From Bacillales bacterium (GTDB taxonomy: Bacteria > Bacillota_I > Bacilli_A > RFN20 > CAG-826), in the NCBI GenBank assembly GCA_016290145.1, contig JAEESX010000002.1, positions 1-48,713 on the forward strand: a stretch of DNA of 48,713 nt, given 5' to 3'. Each line of letters starts with the position of its first letter. Position 1 is the first letter of the stretch. Below the pieces are notes generated by a model, which was not told where the DNA came from, did no database searches, and saw nothing but the letters and a program-made list of their open reading frames with translations. Both the position numbers and the translations under genes were made by a program. Positions 1-9,702 of this stretch are shown piece after piece.

Positions 1-2
1 AT

Positions 3-746
3 AAGGTCATAGTTGAAACTATGAGAGGTTTAGAATTGGGCGAAATCGCTATTGAACCTATTACAATCGATAAATATGAAAGTGAATTGGGCTTAAAACC
101 GATTCTCAGGCGCGCAAATGATGTCGACGTTAAAATATACGAGGCAAACCAAAAAGACGCGGGAATTGCGCTAGAAATAAGCAAAACAGAAGCAGAAAAG
201 CTTGGTTTAGACATGAACTTCATCTCTTGTGAGTATACATTAGACAAAACAAAGGTCATTTTGTCATATATAGCTGATGAGAGAGTCGACTTCCGAGAAT
301 TATTAAAAATTCTCGCTAGTAAATTACACACACGTATTGAACTACGCCAAATTGGATCACGCGATAAAGCAAAGATGATTGGCGGTATTGGCATCTGTGG
401 ATTACCACTTTGTTGTTCCACATTCTTAAATGAATTTGATGGTATATCAATCAATCGTGCCAAAAATCAAATGCTCGCAATCAATATTCCAAAGTTGTCA
501 GGACACTGTGGAAAACTTATTTGCTGCTTAAAATATGAAGATGATATTTACAGCGAGGAAAGAAGAAAATTCCCTGATTTGGGCTGCAAGATTTGGCTAG
601 ATAAAGTAGAATACACCGTTACCGGTGTAAATATCATTTCTAAAGTAGTGAAATTGGAAAATAATGAAGATGTTAAGTTCTTACCATTAGAAGATTTACA
701 CAAACAAGCTCGTTGGAAGAAATTTAAAGACAATGAACAGAAATAA
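3..746 (+). CDS. ricT: PSP1-domain protein RicT/YaaT (5' end cut by window edge)
   Basis: The frame is open from nt 3 (KVIVET precedes the listed Met at 21). This matches the internal B. subtilis YaaT segment VIVETVRGVEYG. Conserved RVDFRELLK and RIELRQIGSRD, plus two Cys clusters (GICGLPLCCSTF, SGHCGKLICCLKYE). Confidence 0.85.
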   Translation, partial: KVIVETMRGLELGEIAIEPITIDKYESELGLKPILRRANDVDVKIYEANQKDAGIALEISKTEAEKLGLDMNFISCEYTLDKTKVILSYIADERVDFRELLKILASKLHTRIELRQIGSRDKAKMIGGIGICGLPLCCSTFLNEFDGISINRAKNQMLAINIPKLSGHCGKLICCLKYEDDIYSEERRKFPDLGCKIWLDKVEYTVTGVNIISKVVKLENNEDVKFLPLEDLHKQARWKKFKDNEQK

Positions 747-1584
747 GAGTTTCGAAAACAATAAACCTTTGATTTATTTGATAGCAACACCAATAGGTAA
801 TCTAGGTGAAATGTCAAAGCGTGCTTTAGAAGTGCTTGAAGACATGGATGTCATAGCAGCTGAAGACACAAGAAACACATATTCACTATTATCACATTAT
901 GGAATTAAGAAGGAATTATTCTCTTTAAGAGAACACAATGAAATTGAAGCATCAGAACATCTTTTGAGATTGGCTAAAAATGGCAAAAAGGTTGCTTATG
1001 TTAGTGATGCTGGATATCCAGGCATTAGCGATCCTGGCTATCTATTAGTCAAAAAAGCTAGAGAAGAAGGGGTTGCTGTATCAACCGTTTCAGGAAGTTG
1101 TGCATTTATTAACGCTTTAGTAGCATCTGGTTTGCCAACAGACCACTTTTATTTCTATGGTTTTCTCTCAAAAAAAGGAAATGAAGCCAAAAAAGCCCTT
1201 GAACAATTAGTTGATAGATCAGAGACATTGCTATTTTACGAATCACCTCACCAAATTGAAGAAACAATTAAACTACTTTTCGGTGTTTTTGGTGATAGAA
1301 AATGCGTGATAGCTAGAGAATTAACAAAACTTAATGAGGAATACATATCTGGAACCCTCTCAGAACTCGTAAAAATAGACTTTAAAACGATAAAAGGAGA
1401 GATAGTTTTAGTCTTAGAAGGTCAAAGCCAAGAAAACGTATTGATTTCCGATGAAAAAATACAAGAAAAACTAAAATTTTATATGTCTCTTGGCGTTACT
1501 GAAAAAGCAGCTATACAAATTGCTGTAGCAGAGTTACAAGTCCCAAAGAATAGGGTCTATAAATTAGCTCAAGAACTTAAATAA
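733..1584 (+). CDS. rsmI: 16S rRNA (cytidine1402-2'-O)-methyltransferase RsmI
   Basis: N-terminal LYLIATPIGNLGEMSKRALEVLEDMDVIAAEDTR is the canonical RsmI/tetrapyrrole-methylase signature. 283 aa. Overlaps the ricT stop by 14 nt. Confidence 0.9.
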   Translation: MNRNKSFENNKPLIYLIATPIGNLGEMSKRALEVLEDMDVIAAEDTRNTYSLLSHYGIKKELFSLREHNEIEASEHLLRLAKNGKKVAYVSDAGYPGISDPGYLLVKKAREEGVAVSTVSGSCAFINALVASGLPTDHFYFYGFLSKKGNEAKKALEQLVDRSETLLFYESPHQIEETIKLLFGVFGDRKCVIARELTKLNEEYISGTLSELVKIDFKTIKGEIVLVLEGQSQENVLISDEKIQEKLKFYMSLGVTEKAAIQIAVAELQVPKNRVYKLAQELK

Positions 1585-1606
1585 TCGGCTATTTGCCGGT
1601 TTTTTT
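1584..1606. terminator. Hairpin plus T-run between convergent rsmI and yfhO (bidirectional terminator candidate)
   Basis: ATCGGC-TATTT-GCCGGT stem-loop followed by TTTTTT, directly after the rsmI TAA (1582-1584). Overlaps the yfhO stop (1605-1607). Confidence 0.55.
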
Positions 1607-4600
1607 ATAGTAAATTAGTCAATTCTTTCTCTTTTTTGCGTAAGTCTAAAAAGACAAATGATACCATGGTTGCAAAGTAACTAAATACTCCAAACGATGA
1701 AATCAAAGATGCAGTTTTCAAGTTTGGTGTCATAAAGGATAGTTCAAAAGAGTAACTGCCTTTAGGACAAATAAAGGAAATAAAGCCTCCTTGAGCATTA
1801 AAGACATTAATGTCTTTCTTGTTTCCATTTGTATCAAACGCGAGCAAAGTGAATCCATCCTCATATGCAAGTCGAGTAACAACTATTTTTTCTTTGTCAA
1901 AATTAGTGTTGAAAGTGTATTTATTAGCACTATTTTTTAAATCACTCACAGTATATTGTTTTAAATGCTCATTTTTGGCGTTTTGAGAGGTGAATGTATC
2001 AATAGATATATGATGAGCAGCATTAACTTTATTGCCTCTATTAACGAAGATAATTTTCTTAATTTTTGGAGCATCCTCCACTACTGTAACCGTTCCATCG
2101 GAAGATACATTATAACTAGGAGAGATATAGAAAGCTCTTTCTTCTTTTCCTATTCTAGATGCATGAGTATACCCATCATTATGATCATCAAAAGTTACAA
2201 TCTTATTGTCGATATCAACGAAATAAATATCCGTTTCGTAACCATCTTCAAATGATGAAGAAACATAATACACATTCCCTAATGGATCATAATTAGGAAA
2301 ATATGAATCTTTAGATTCAATTACTTCAACATATCTTTGTTTAACACTAAAGTCAGTCACTTTATCAGTTTTTATATATTTAGTATTAGAGGATTTTAAA
2401 GACAAATACTCACTTGCATCAACGTCTAAAGTTGATTCACCAGCGCAAAGAAAATCGTAATATGTGATAATTGCGTCATCAGACTCATCAGACGAACCAA
2501 ATCTGCCAATTTTTATGTCGCGATAATAATCCGAAGTTTGTCTATTATCAGATGGTAAAAGACTTAAGTCAGGATGATTCAATTTGAGGTCACTTAATAC
2601 AACTGGTTCACGTGAATTATTGATGATAGCAGTTTGCAAATAGAGCTCTTCGTTTAGTAAAACATTTCTTTCGTTTGTATTTAACCCACTATAATTATAT
2701 GTTTCAGAAGGATTTCCTTCTACCTCATAGAATGAATCGTAGCAAAGGGCAAAATCTATATAATCTGTATTTTCGAAAACTCTAAAACGATTATTAGGAT
2801 ATTGGTTAGTTACATCAATGTAATTAAGAGGAACATTATATTTAAAAATATCGCTAGAACAATTACTTCTATTTTGCTTAGCAAAATAGTTATCTTCAAT
2901 AAAGTAATATTTGACACCTAATAAAGTATCAAGATTTATTCTTTTTTGAACATAAGTCCCTGTCCAAGCCTGTGGGGCTCTGCTGTTAGTTATTGATGAC
3001 CAATTACATAAATCGGCAGTGTTGTAATTGTAAACAGAGTGGAAAGTACTTAAACCGTTATAATTGTTTCTCATTCCATCATTTGGAGCTACGTCGCTAT
3101 TTAATGAAGTGAAGGATCTATAGTAAGAAGGGTCTTTTTTAGAAACTTGATACACTAAAGAATGAAGAGCGTTGTTATTAATAAGTCCTTTGTTTGTATA
3201 TAGGTAGTTTTCGACACCATGACCGCGAATAACAAACGCACCCATCAAAGATATCTCAGTTACCAAAAAACCGCTAAATACCCAGTAAAAACCCACTTTT
3301 TTACGGTATTTTAATATAGTTAATACTGTTACAAGAACGCAAAGATAAGTGATTTCTATTAATGTCGCAAGCCAAATTGGAACTCTTTCTTTAAATGTCG
3401 AAGAATAATTAGCAACAATAGTTTGTGCAGCAAAGGCTCCAATCAAAATAATCATAATCAAGATTGCCGCAGACTCAATTAGGACAACTATGTTGTCCTC
3501 TTGTTTGATTTTTTCTAAATATAACCCAGAATAAGCCATTATTGATGTAACAACAAACAATGTCCATCGACTATAGCCTGCTGTAAAGCCAAAGAACAAG
3601 TAATAGAAACAAGGTGTGAACAAGGCAACAATGAAGAAAGCCAATGGTATTAAGACGGAATAATGTTTTTGACGAATGGAGTTTCTAAAAGCTGGGAACA
3701 AAAGCAAAAGCATAGGAATAAAACAATAGAACGATCCAGCTATATTGTCATACGTATCATTTGCATAAATTGTTAACGGAGTACCTCTACAAGAAGTAAC
3801 AGGGAAAATAAACTCAATAAATGGATATAAAACACGTGCTTTATCGACGTCAGAATTATTTAATGAAGTCCAAGAAAATAACAATTCAAAGAATTTTTTC
3901 AAGTTACTGCTTTTCAAGGCCTCAGATAAATAATGAGAATACCCATTATTAGATGCTCTAGGAGACGAAATTGCGTGTGTAAGAGATGGATATACTGCCA
4001 TCATCGGCATTAATATTCCAACCACAAAACCCAATAACATTAATAATATTATTATTAAATTGTCCTTAACACGATTGGTTTTTATTTTTTGAGCATACCT
4101 AAAAATGGCATAAAACAAGGCACAAAGGACATAAGTGAACATGAAGAAGAAATTAATGAATCCAATCAAACAAATTGAACTCATTAAAAGGAGTGGTTTC
4201 TTCTCTTTTATCGTTTTTTCAATACCTAAAAGTATCAAAGGAAATGCCACTGCAACACCAGTAAAATGGTTAAACCAAAGGTACCATGTTATCCATCCAG
4301 AAAATGCATAAGCGAGGCCAGTAATTTTGCTTGCGCGTCTAGATGCACCCAAATAACGCATATAAGCGTAGAAAGCTAATCCGCTCAAGGCCATCTTAAA
4401 GATGGTCAAAATTGCCATTCCTTGAGGCACAAATTGCCTTGGAAACAACAAAATAGGCATGAAGAATGGATCAAATAAATAATAAAACGAGTTAGAACCG
4501 ATATTATCAACACCTAAAAAGGTGTTTGTGTCATATAAAACGAATTCTCCAGTCCTAAAGAAATGCCACCAATCATCATATCCGTTCGTATAAAAAGCAT

Positions 4601-4799
4601 ATTGTTGAGTCACATAGTCACCAGTGAATGGTGTTGTAAAAGAATTTACAAACAACGATGTAGCGAAAAACACTATTCCGACTAGTACCAAAAACAGGTA
4701 GTAATAAAACAAAGAATCAATGTTTGTTAACCATGTCGGAAGTCTGCCTATAAAGTTTGTGCTTTGTTGAGTTTTTATTTTTTGCGTATCTGTGACCAT
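1605..4799 (-). CDS. YfhO-family polytopic membrane protein (putative glycopolymer glycosyltransferase)
   Basis: About 1064 aa. Many N-terminal TM helices with YfhO-like GDYVTQQYAFY...GSNSFYYLFDPFFMPILLFP, a large soluble domain and a final C-terminal TM. Start set at ATG 4799 (MVTDTQK) because the listed 5' extension to 4928 overlaps the typA promoter and start. Confidence 0.7.
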   Translation of the reverse strand: MVTDTQKIKTQQSTNFIGRLPTWLTNIDSLFYYYLFLVLVGIVFFATSLFVNSFTTPFTGDYVTQQYAFYTNGYDDWWHFFRTGEFVLYDTNTFLGVDNIGSNSFYYLFDPFFMPILLFPRQFVPQGMAILTIFKMALSGLAFYAYMRYLGASRRASKITGLAYAFSGWITWYLWFNHFTGVAVAFPLILLGIEKTIKEKKPLLLMSSICLIGFINFFFMFTYVLCALFYAIFRYAQKIKTNRVKDNLIIILLMLLGFVVGILMPMMAVYPSLTHAISSPRASNNGYSHYLSEALKSSNLKKFFELLFSWTSLNNSDVDKARVLYPFIEFIFPVTSCRGTPLTIYANDTYDNIAGSFYCFIPMLLLLFPAFRNSIRQKHYSVLIPLAFFIVALFTPCFYYLFFGFTAGYSRWTLFVVTSIMAYSGLYLEKIKQEDNIVVLIESAAILIMIILIGAFAAQTIVANYSSTFKERVPIWLATLIEITYLCVLVTVLTILKYRKKVGFYWVFSGFLVTEISLMGAFVIRGHGVENYLYTNKGLINNNALHSLVYQVSKKDPSYYRSFTSLNSDVAPNDGMRNNYNGLSTFHSVYNYNTADLCNWSSITNSRAPQAWTGTYVQKRINLDTLLGVKYYFIEDNYFAKQNRSNCSSDIFKYNVPLNYIDVTNQYPNNRFRVFENTDYIDFALCYDSFYEVEGNPSETYNYSGLNTNERNVLLNEELYLQTAIINNSREPVVLSDLKLNHPDLSLLPSDNRQTSDYYRDIKIGRFGSSDESDDAIITYYDFLCAGESTLDVDASEYLSLKSSNTKYIKTDKVTDFSVKQRYVEVIESKDSYFPNYDPLGNVYYVSSSFEDGYETDIYFVDIDNKIVTFDDHNDGYTHASRIGKEERAFYISPSYNVSSDGTVTVVEDAPKIKKIIFVNRGNKVNAAHHISIDTFTSQNAKNEHLKQYTVSDLKNSANKYTFNTNFDKEKIVVTRLAYEDGFTLLAFDTNGNKKDINVFNAQGGFISFICPKGSYSFELSFMTPNLKTASLISSFGVFSYFATMVSFVFLDLRKKEKELTNLL

Positions 4800-4847
4800 A
4801 TACGACACTATTATATACACATATGCACACGTATTTTTTACTTTTTC

Positions 4848-4876
4848 TTGCAATTTATTATCGTCTTTTCTATCAT
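4848..4876 (+). promoter_or_regulatory. Putative sigma-A-type promoter of typA
   Basis: TTGCAA (4848-4853), a 17-nt spacer, then TATCAT (4871-4876). A GGAGG SD lies 7 nt before ATG 4903. Confidence 0.45.
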
Positions 4877-4902
4877 AGAAAAGATTTTTTGGAGGTATTC
4901 CT

Positions 4903-6738
4903 ATGGAAATTCGTAACATTGCAATCATCGCCCACGTAGATCATGGGAAAACCACATTAGTTGACCAATTATTAAAATCATCTGGTGCTTTTAGAGAAAA
5001 CGAAGAAGTTGCTACCCGTGTTATGGATAGTAATGACATCGAAAGAGAAAGAGGTATCACCATTCTTGCTAAAACAACATCCTTAATGTTTAATGGCACT
5101 AAAATTAATATTTTAGATACTCCAGGGCACGCTGATTTTGGCGGCGAAGTTGAAAGAATCATGAACATGGTTGATGGATGTTTATTATTAGTTGATGCAT
5201 TTGAAGGAACAATGCCACAAACCAGATTCGTTTTAAAGAAAGCTTTAGAAGCACATATCAAACCAATTGTGGTCATTAATAAGATTGATAGAGCAAACAT
5301 TGATATCGCAAAAACAATGGATGAAGTATTAACCTTATTTATTGAATTAGGCGCACCTGATGAATTCTTAGATTTTAAAGTAGTATTCACATCCGCGTTG
5401 CAAGGCACGTCATCAAAGGATCCAGATGTTTCAACACAAAAAACAGGAATGGATGCTGTATTGCAAATGATTATTGATGAAATCCCAGCGCCAAAAGCAG
5501 ATGTTAATAAACCATTACAATTACAAGTTTCGTTATTAGACTATAACGATTTCGTTGGTAGAATTGGTGTTGGTACCGTTAAAAACGGTAAAATACATGT
5601 AAATGACACCGTAACAGTAGCTAGATTAGATGGAACAACAAAGTCATTTAAAGTTATGAAGTTGTTCGGTTATCAAGCAACAAGAAGAGTTGAAATTGAA
5701 GAAGCTGTAGCAGGCGAAATTTGTGCTGTTGCTGGTCTTCCTGATATCAATGTTGGTGAAACAATTTGCTATCCAGATCATGTTGAAGCGTTACCAAAAA
5801 TTCACTTAGATGAACCTACACTACAAATGACATTTGGAACTAATACATCACCATTTGCAGGAAGAGAAGGAAAACTTCTTACCGCACGTAAGATTGAAGA
5901 ACGCTTATTTAGAGAAACTCAAAAAGACGTTGCTTTAAAGGTACAAAGAGTTCCAAACTCCGAAACTTGGACTGTTTCTGGCAGAGGTGAATTACATTTA
6001 GGTATTCTCATTGAGAATATGCGTCGTGAAGGATTTGAATTAGAAGTTTCTAAACCAAAAGTCATCATCAAAGAGATTGATGGTGTTAAATACGAACCAT
6101 ACGAAGATTTAGAAATTGATGTTCCTAATGATTTTGTTGGTGACATTATGACTTCATTAGGCGACAAAGATGCTGAAATGATCAATATGGACGTCAAAGA
6201 AGCCACAACTAAGTTGTCTTATGTGATTCCTTCAAGAGGATTATTAGGTTACATTACCAATTTTATGACCCTAACAAAGGGTTACGGCATCATTTCTCAT
6301 GTGTTCAAGGAATATAGACCTATGGTGGCATTAAGCCTCGGAGAACGCCCATTAGGCGTGCTTGTGGCCACAGAAGCAGGTACCGCAACACCTTACGCTA
6401 TCGAACACGTTGAAGAAAGAGGAACTATGTTCATCGAACCAGGTACAGAAGTATATGAAGGTATGATTATCGGTGAAAACCGTTATGATATCGATTTAGC
6501 TGTTAACTGTGTTCTAAAGAAAGCACTTACAAATATGAGAAGTGCAAACAAAGACACTACTGTTGTTCTTAAATCACCAAGAAAAATGTCTTTAGAAGCA
6601 TGCCTTGATTACATCAACTCAGATGAACTCGTCGAAATTACTCCTTCTACATACAGAATGAGAAAGAAAATTCTCAATACTGTTGATAGAAAAAAATATG
6701 ATGCTCATCAAAGAGCACTTGAAAAAGGCGAAGAATAA
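4903..6738 (+). CDS. typA: Translational GTPase TypA/BipA
   Basis: AIIAHVDHGKTTLVD (G1) and DTPGHADFGGEVER (G3). 611 aa with full-length colinearity to the EF-G-like BipA architecture. Confidence 0.95.
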   Translation: MEIRNIAIIAHVDHGKTTLVDQLLKSSGAFRENEEVATRVMDSNDIERERGITILAKTTSLMFNGTKINILDTPGHADFGGEVERIMNMVDGCLLLVDAFEGTMPQTRFVLKKALEAHIKPIVVINKIDRANIDIAKTMDEVLTLFIELGAPDEFLDFKVVFTSALQGTSSKDPDVSTQKTGMDAVLQMIIDEIPAPKADVNKPLQLQVSLLDYNDFVGRIGVGTVKNGKIHVNDTVTVARLDGTTKSFKVMKLFGYQATRRVEIEEAVAGEICAVAGLPDINVGETICYPDHVEALPKIHLDEPTLQMTFGTNTSPFAGREGKLLTARKIEERLFRETQKDVALKVQRVPNSETWTVSGRGELHLGILIENMRREGFELEVSKPKVIIKEIDGVKYEPYEDLEIDVPNDFVGDIMTSLGDKDAEMINMDVKEATTKLSYVIPSRGLLGYITNFMTLTKGYGIISHVFKEYRPMVALSLGERPLGVLVATEAGTATPYAIEHVEERGTMFIEPGTEVYEGMIIGENRYDIDLAVNCVLKKALTNMRSANKDTTVVLKSPRKMSLEACLDYINSDELVEITPSTYRMRKKILNTVDRKKYDAHQRALEKGEE

Positions 6739-6745
6739 TAAAAAG

Positions 6746-6770
6746 AAAGGGACTAATGTCCCTTTTATTT
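6746..6770. terminator. Bidirectional intrinsic terminator between typA and the RCK_C membrane gene
   Basis: AAAGGGAC-TAAT-GTCCCTTT hairpin flanked by an A-run and a T-run. Overlaps the minus-strand stop at 6765-6767. Confidence 0.6.
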
Positions 6771-7778
6771 ATCACTATTATTGAATAAGTGTTTGATATT
6801 TTGATATGGTCCGAAACAAGTAATTTTGTCTCCATCTTGTAGAATCGTATCTTTATCAACAAATAAATAAGTATCTTTTCTCTTAACAACAACGATTGTG
6901 ATGCTATAGCGATCACTAAGATGAGCATCTTTCATTGGAATGCCTTCAAGTTCCTTAGGAACTTCTTCTGTATCAATTTCCATCAACACATTTGAACCGT
7001 AGTTATTTAATAAATTGATGTCATTGGTCTTATTAACAACCAATGTTTTCTTGTTTTTGTCGAGACTGTCGATAAATGCCGCTTTTATATCTCTTGTAGA
7101 TCCATAGATAACAAGAACATCACGTTTATTGAACATTGTGTCCTTGGTAACTTCAATAATTCTTTTGCCACGTTTAATGGACAAGACATTAATGAAATAC
7201 TTCTTGGTAAGCGCCATTTCATTTAAGGTCTTCTCTTGAGCGAATTCTGGAATATTATTTAATACGACTTCCGCAATAGCATTTCTTCCGTATAAATCTA
7301 AAACAGTGATTAAATTTGAATTTTTCTTCTTTGAAGAAGTGTTGATAGCAATTTTTTCGAGTAAGTCTTGAAAACGACGATTAATTGGTGGAATCTTCAA
7401 GAATAAAACAAATAAGAATAAACCAAGAGAAACATAGAACACTATGTAGTACCAAAATTTAGTATCTAAGACATTATTGTTGCTTTGAATTGTGGCAATA
7501 GAAATCAAAACGTTTGTTAATAAGCCCATGAACACGACCGAGAAGATGTGGCCTGTGTACATACACACAATTGCAATCTTTCTTCTTCTTTCATCATCTA
7601 CGATGATTTCACTTTCATTTGTGGTAAAACCAGAACCTGTAAATAATGATGCAACTTGGAATTTAATTTTATTTGTAGCTAATCCTGTAAGTTTAAATGC
7701 CACACAAAAAGCTTCTATTGTAAATAGATAAACAGATACAACCGCCAAAATAAGAGCAACAGCAAACCAAATGTTCAT
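6765..7778 (-). CDS. Membrane protein with two C-terminal RCK_C (TrkA-C) domains; putative K+ transport or channel component
   Basis: N-terminal hydrophobic helices with a P-loop-like LFTGSGFTTNESE. Two approximately 80-aa repeats follow, ending DVLVIYGSTRDIKAAF and DGDKITCFGPYQNIKHLF, typical of TrkA-C. Its start lies 2 nt after the upstream stop. Confidence 0.55.
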   Translation of the reverse strand: MNIWFAVALILAVVSVYLFTIEAFCVAFKLTGLATNKIKFQVASLFTGSGFTTNESEIIVDDERRRKIAIVCMYTGHIFSVVFMGLLTNVLISIATIQSNNNVLDTKFWYYIVFYVSLGLFLFVLFLKIPPINRRFQDLLEKIAINTSSKKKNSNLITVLDLYGRNAIAEVVLNNIPEFAQEKTLNEMALTKKYFINVLSIKRGKRIIEVTKDTMFNKRDVLVIYGSTRDIKAAFIDSLDKNKKTLVVNKTNDINLLNNYGSNVLMEIDTEEVPKELEGIPMKDAHLSDRYSITIVVVKRKDTYLFVDKDTILQDGDKITCFGPYQNIKHLFNNSDK

Positions 7779-7780
7779 AG

Positions 7781-8746
7781 CTATTTCTTAGAAACCTTTC
7801 TTTTATTATTCTTACATACTGTAAAGTTTCCCGCCATACAAGATTCAAATTCTTTTGGCATAGGGGCTTTAAACTTTAATAATTTTCCATTAAATGGGTG
7901 AATTATATCAAGCTCATAAGCATGCAAACCTAGACGTTTAATTGGGTTTGATGGTTCGCCATATTTATCATCACCAATAATGAAGTGACCTAGATCTCCG
8001 AAATGGACACGAATTTGATTCTTTCTACCTGTTTTGATATCTACATCAGCGAGAGAATACGTACCATTTTCTTGGATTATTTTATAATTGGTAATTGCTA
8101 ATTGGCCATCGCCTTTCTTTTTTGAAGAATACATCATATTTTGTGAGTTCTTCTTTAAATAAGAACGGATGGTTCCTTCTTTATTGTCAAGTGTGCCTTC
8201 TACGATTGCGTAGTAACCACGTTTCTTCACTAAATTATTCCAATTATCACCATCGGTTAACGCTCTTGCCATCCTATCATTTTTAGCGAACATCAAAACA
8301 CCAGATGTATCTTCATCTAGTCTATGAACAATAAATGCTCGGTTGTGTTTATCTTTTTGTTGGAGATAATCATTCACCATTCTAAAAGCGGTTGAACCTT
8401 TTTCGTTATCAGATGGCACAGATAATAACTTGCTTGGTTTATTTATAACGATTAAATCGTTATCTTCGAAAATTATAGGTAAGTTAGAACGAGTCTTCTT
8501 TCTAATTGGGCTGCTAGAAATAATAACTGTATCGCCAGGGAACAATTTAAAGTTGAATTGTGTAACTGGTGCGCCATCAATACTGACTCTATGTGATCCC
8601 AATAAAGACTTAACTGAGTTGCGTGATTGGTCTTTAAAAGTCATAAGTAAAAACTCAAGAAGTTCACATTGTTGTTTTACAACAAACTGCTTGAGATTCT
8701 TATAATCCTTGGAAGGTCTTGTGTCACGAGCTTTGTTTTTGTTCAT
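7781..8746 (-). CDS. RluA-family pseudouridine synthase with N-terminal S4-like domain
   Basis: Catalytic HRLDEDTSGVLMFAKN motif and KNQIRVH near the C-terminus. S4-like segment SRNSVKSLLGSHRVSIDG. The ATG abuts the rimK-like stop with a 0-nt gap. Confidence 0.85.
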   Translation of the reverse strand: MNKNKARDTRPSKDYKNLKQFVVKQQCELLEFLLMTFKDQSRNSVKSLLGSHRVSIDGAPVTQFNFKLFPGDTVIISSSPIRKKTRSNLPIIFEDNDLIVINKPSKLLSVPSDNEKGSTAFRMVNDYLQQKDKHNRAFIVHRLDEDTSGVLMFAKNDRMARALTDGDNWNNLVKKRGYYAIVEGTLDNKEGTIRSYLKKNSQNMMYSSKKKGDGQLAITNYKIIQENGTYSLADVDIKTGRKNQIRVHFGDLGHFIIGDDKYGEPSNPIKRLGLHAYELDIIHPFNGKLLKFKAPMPKEFESCMAGNFTVCKNNKRKVSKK

Positions 8747-9616
8747 TTATTTCACCTTGTTAATAATCATTTCTGCATAAGCAGCGGCGACATTTAATCC
8801 TGTCACTTTCTCGAATTCTTCAAAGAAAGCATTGGAGTTAATTTCGCATAAAATTGGGTTATCATCTTCGTAAACTAATAGATCAATTCCAGCATACTCA
8901 ATATGTAATTTATTAGCGATTTCTTGTGCAAAACCCTCATATTTTGCAGGATTTTCTAATACTTTACTGCTTGCTTCTTCACCAAAATTGCTTCTAAAGT
9001 CATACTTGTTTCTTCTGATGAATGAACCAAAGACTTTGCCGTCAATAATAAGCACTCTAATTGATTTGCCATAACTTGATTTGACATATTCTTGGAAAAT
9101 AATTGGGTTACGAGCAATTTCGGAATATAGTTTGAACAATTCTTCTCTTGTTTGAACCAAATAAACGCCTTCACCAAGCGATCCATATACTTTTTTAACC
9201 ACCATTGGTAAACCAATTTCGTCAATAACTGAATCCAAGAAACGATAATTGGATTCTTGAAGGTCTGTATACACTAATGGACCAGCAATTGTTTTAGGCA
9301 TTCTAATACCCTCATTTGCACATGCAATAAAGGTGAGCATTTTATCGTCACATAATTTAATAAAATCAGCTTTGTTAAATAGCCTAAAACCGGCTTTTTC
9401 AAGTAATCTGGCGAGATAAATATCTTTATCAAGATATAAGACAAAATTTGTAGCAGGCAAATTAATCTTGATTTCATTATTTTTGATTTCAGCTAAGGTG
9501 CCATCATTAACAAAAACATCAAGGTGTACACCTCTCTTAGAAAACTCAGTTTTGAACCTATCAATTTTGTATTGATTGTGTCCAATAGTTTGGTTAACAA
9601 TAATAATTCCATTCAT
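8747..9616 (-). CDS. RimK-family ATP-grasp ligase (alpha-L-glutamate ligase-like)
   Basis: Colinear with E. coli RimK: PMVVKKVYGSLGEGV, IFQEYV, DFRSNF, YAGIDLL, CEINSNAFFEEFEKVTGLNVA. Confidence 0.75.
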   Translation of the reverse strand: MNGIIIVNQTIGHNQYKIDRFKTEFSKRGVHLDVFVNDGTLAEIKNNEIKINLPATNFVLYLDKDIYLARLLEKAGFRLFNKADFIKLCDDKMLTFIACANEGIRMPKTIAGPLVYTDLQESNYRFLDSVIDEIGLPMVVKKVYGSLGEGVYLVQTREELFKLYSEIARNPIIFQEYVKSSYGKSIRVLIIDGKVFGSFIRRNKYDFRSNFGEEASSKVLENPAKYEGFAQEIANKLHIEYAGIDLLVYEDDNPILCEINSNAFFEEFEKVTGLNVAAAYAEMIINKVK

Positions 9617-9637
9617 ACCTAATTATCATAAAAAGAA

Positions 9638-9658
9638 AATGGTGGAATTACCACCATT
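9638..9658 (-). terminator. Second hairpin (AATGGTGG/CCACCATT) just upstream of the rimK-like start
   Basis: 8-bp stem with a 5-nt loop. On the minus strand it is followed by TTCTTTTT, 22 nt before ATG 9616. Confidence 0.4.
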
Positions 9659-9660
9659 AA

Positions 9661-9695
9661 AATAATAAAAAGGAGCAATTTTAATTTTGCTCCTT
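9661..9695 (-). terminator. Intrinsic terminator after degV
   Basis: AAGGAGCAA-N8-TTGCTCCTT 9-bp stem. On the minus strand it is followed by a T-rich run (TTTTATTATTTT). Confidence 0.6.
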
Positions 9696-9702
9696 AATTT
9701 TT

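Noticed and set aside
4800-4928. 43-codon N-terminal extension of the YfhO ORF
   Set aside because: It would overlap the typA start codon, SD and putative promoter on the other strand. The extension has no membrane or signal character. The internal ATG at 4799 gives a sensible N-terminus.
4941-5408. 155-aa ORF antisense to typA
   Set aside because: It lies entirely inside a highly conserved GTPase gene on the opposite strand. It has no SD and a Ser/Asn/Leu-rich low-complexity translation typical of antisense frames in codon-biased genes.
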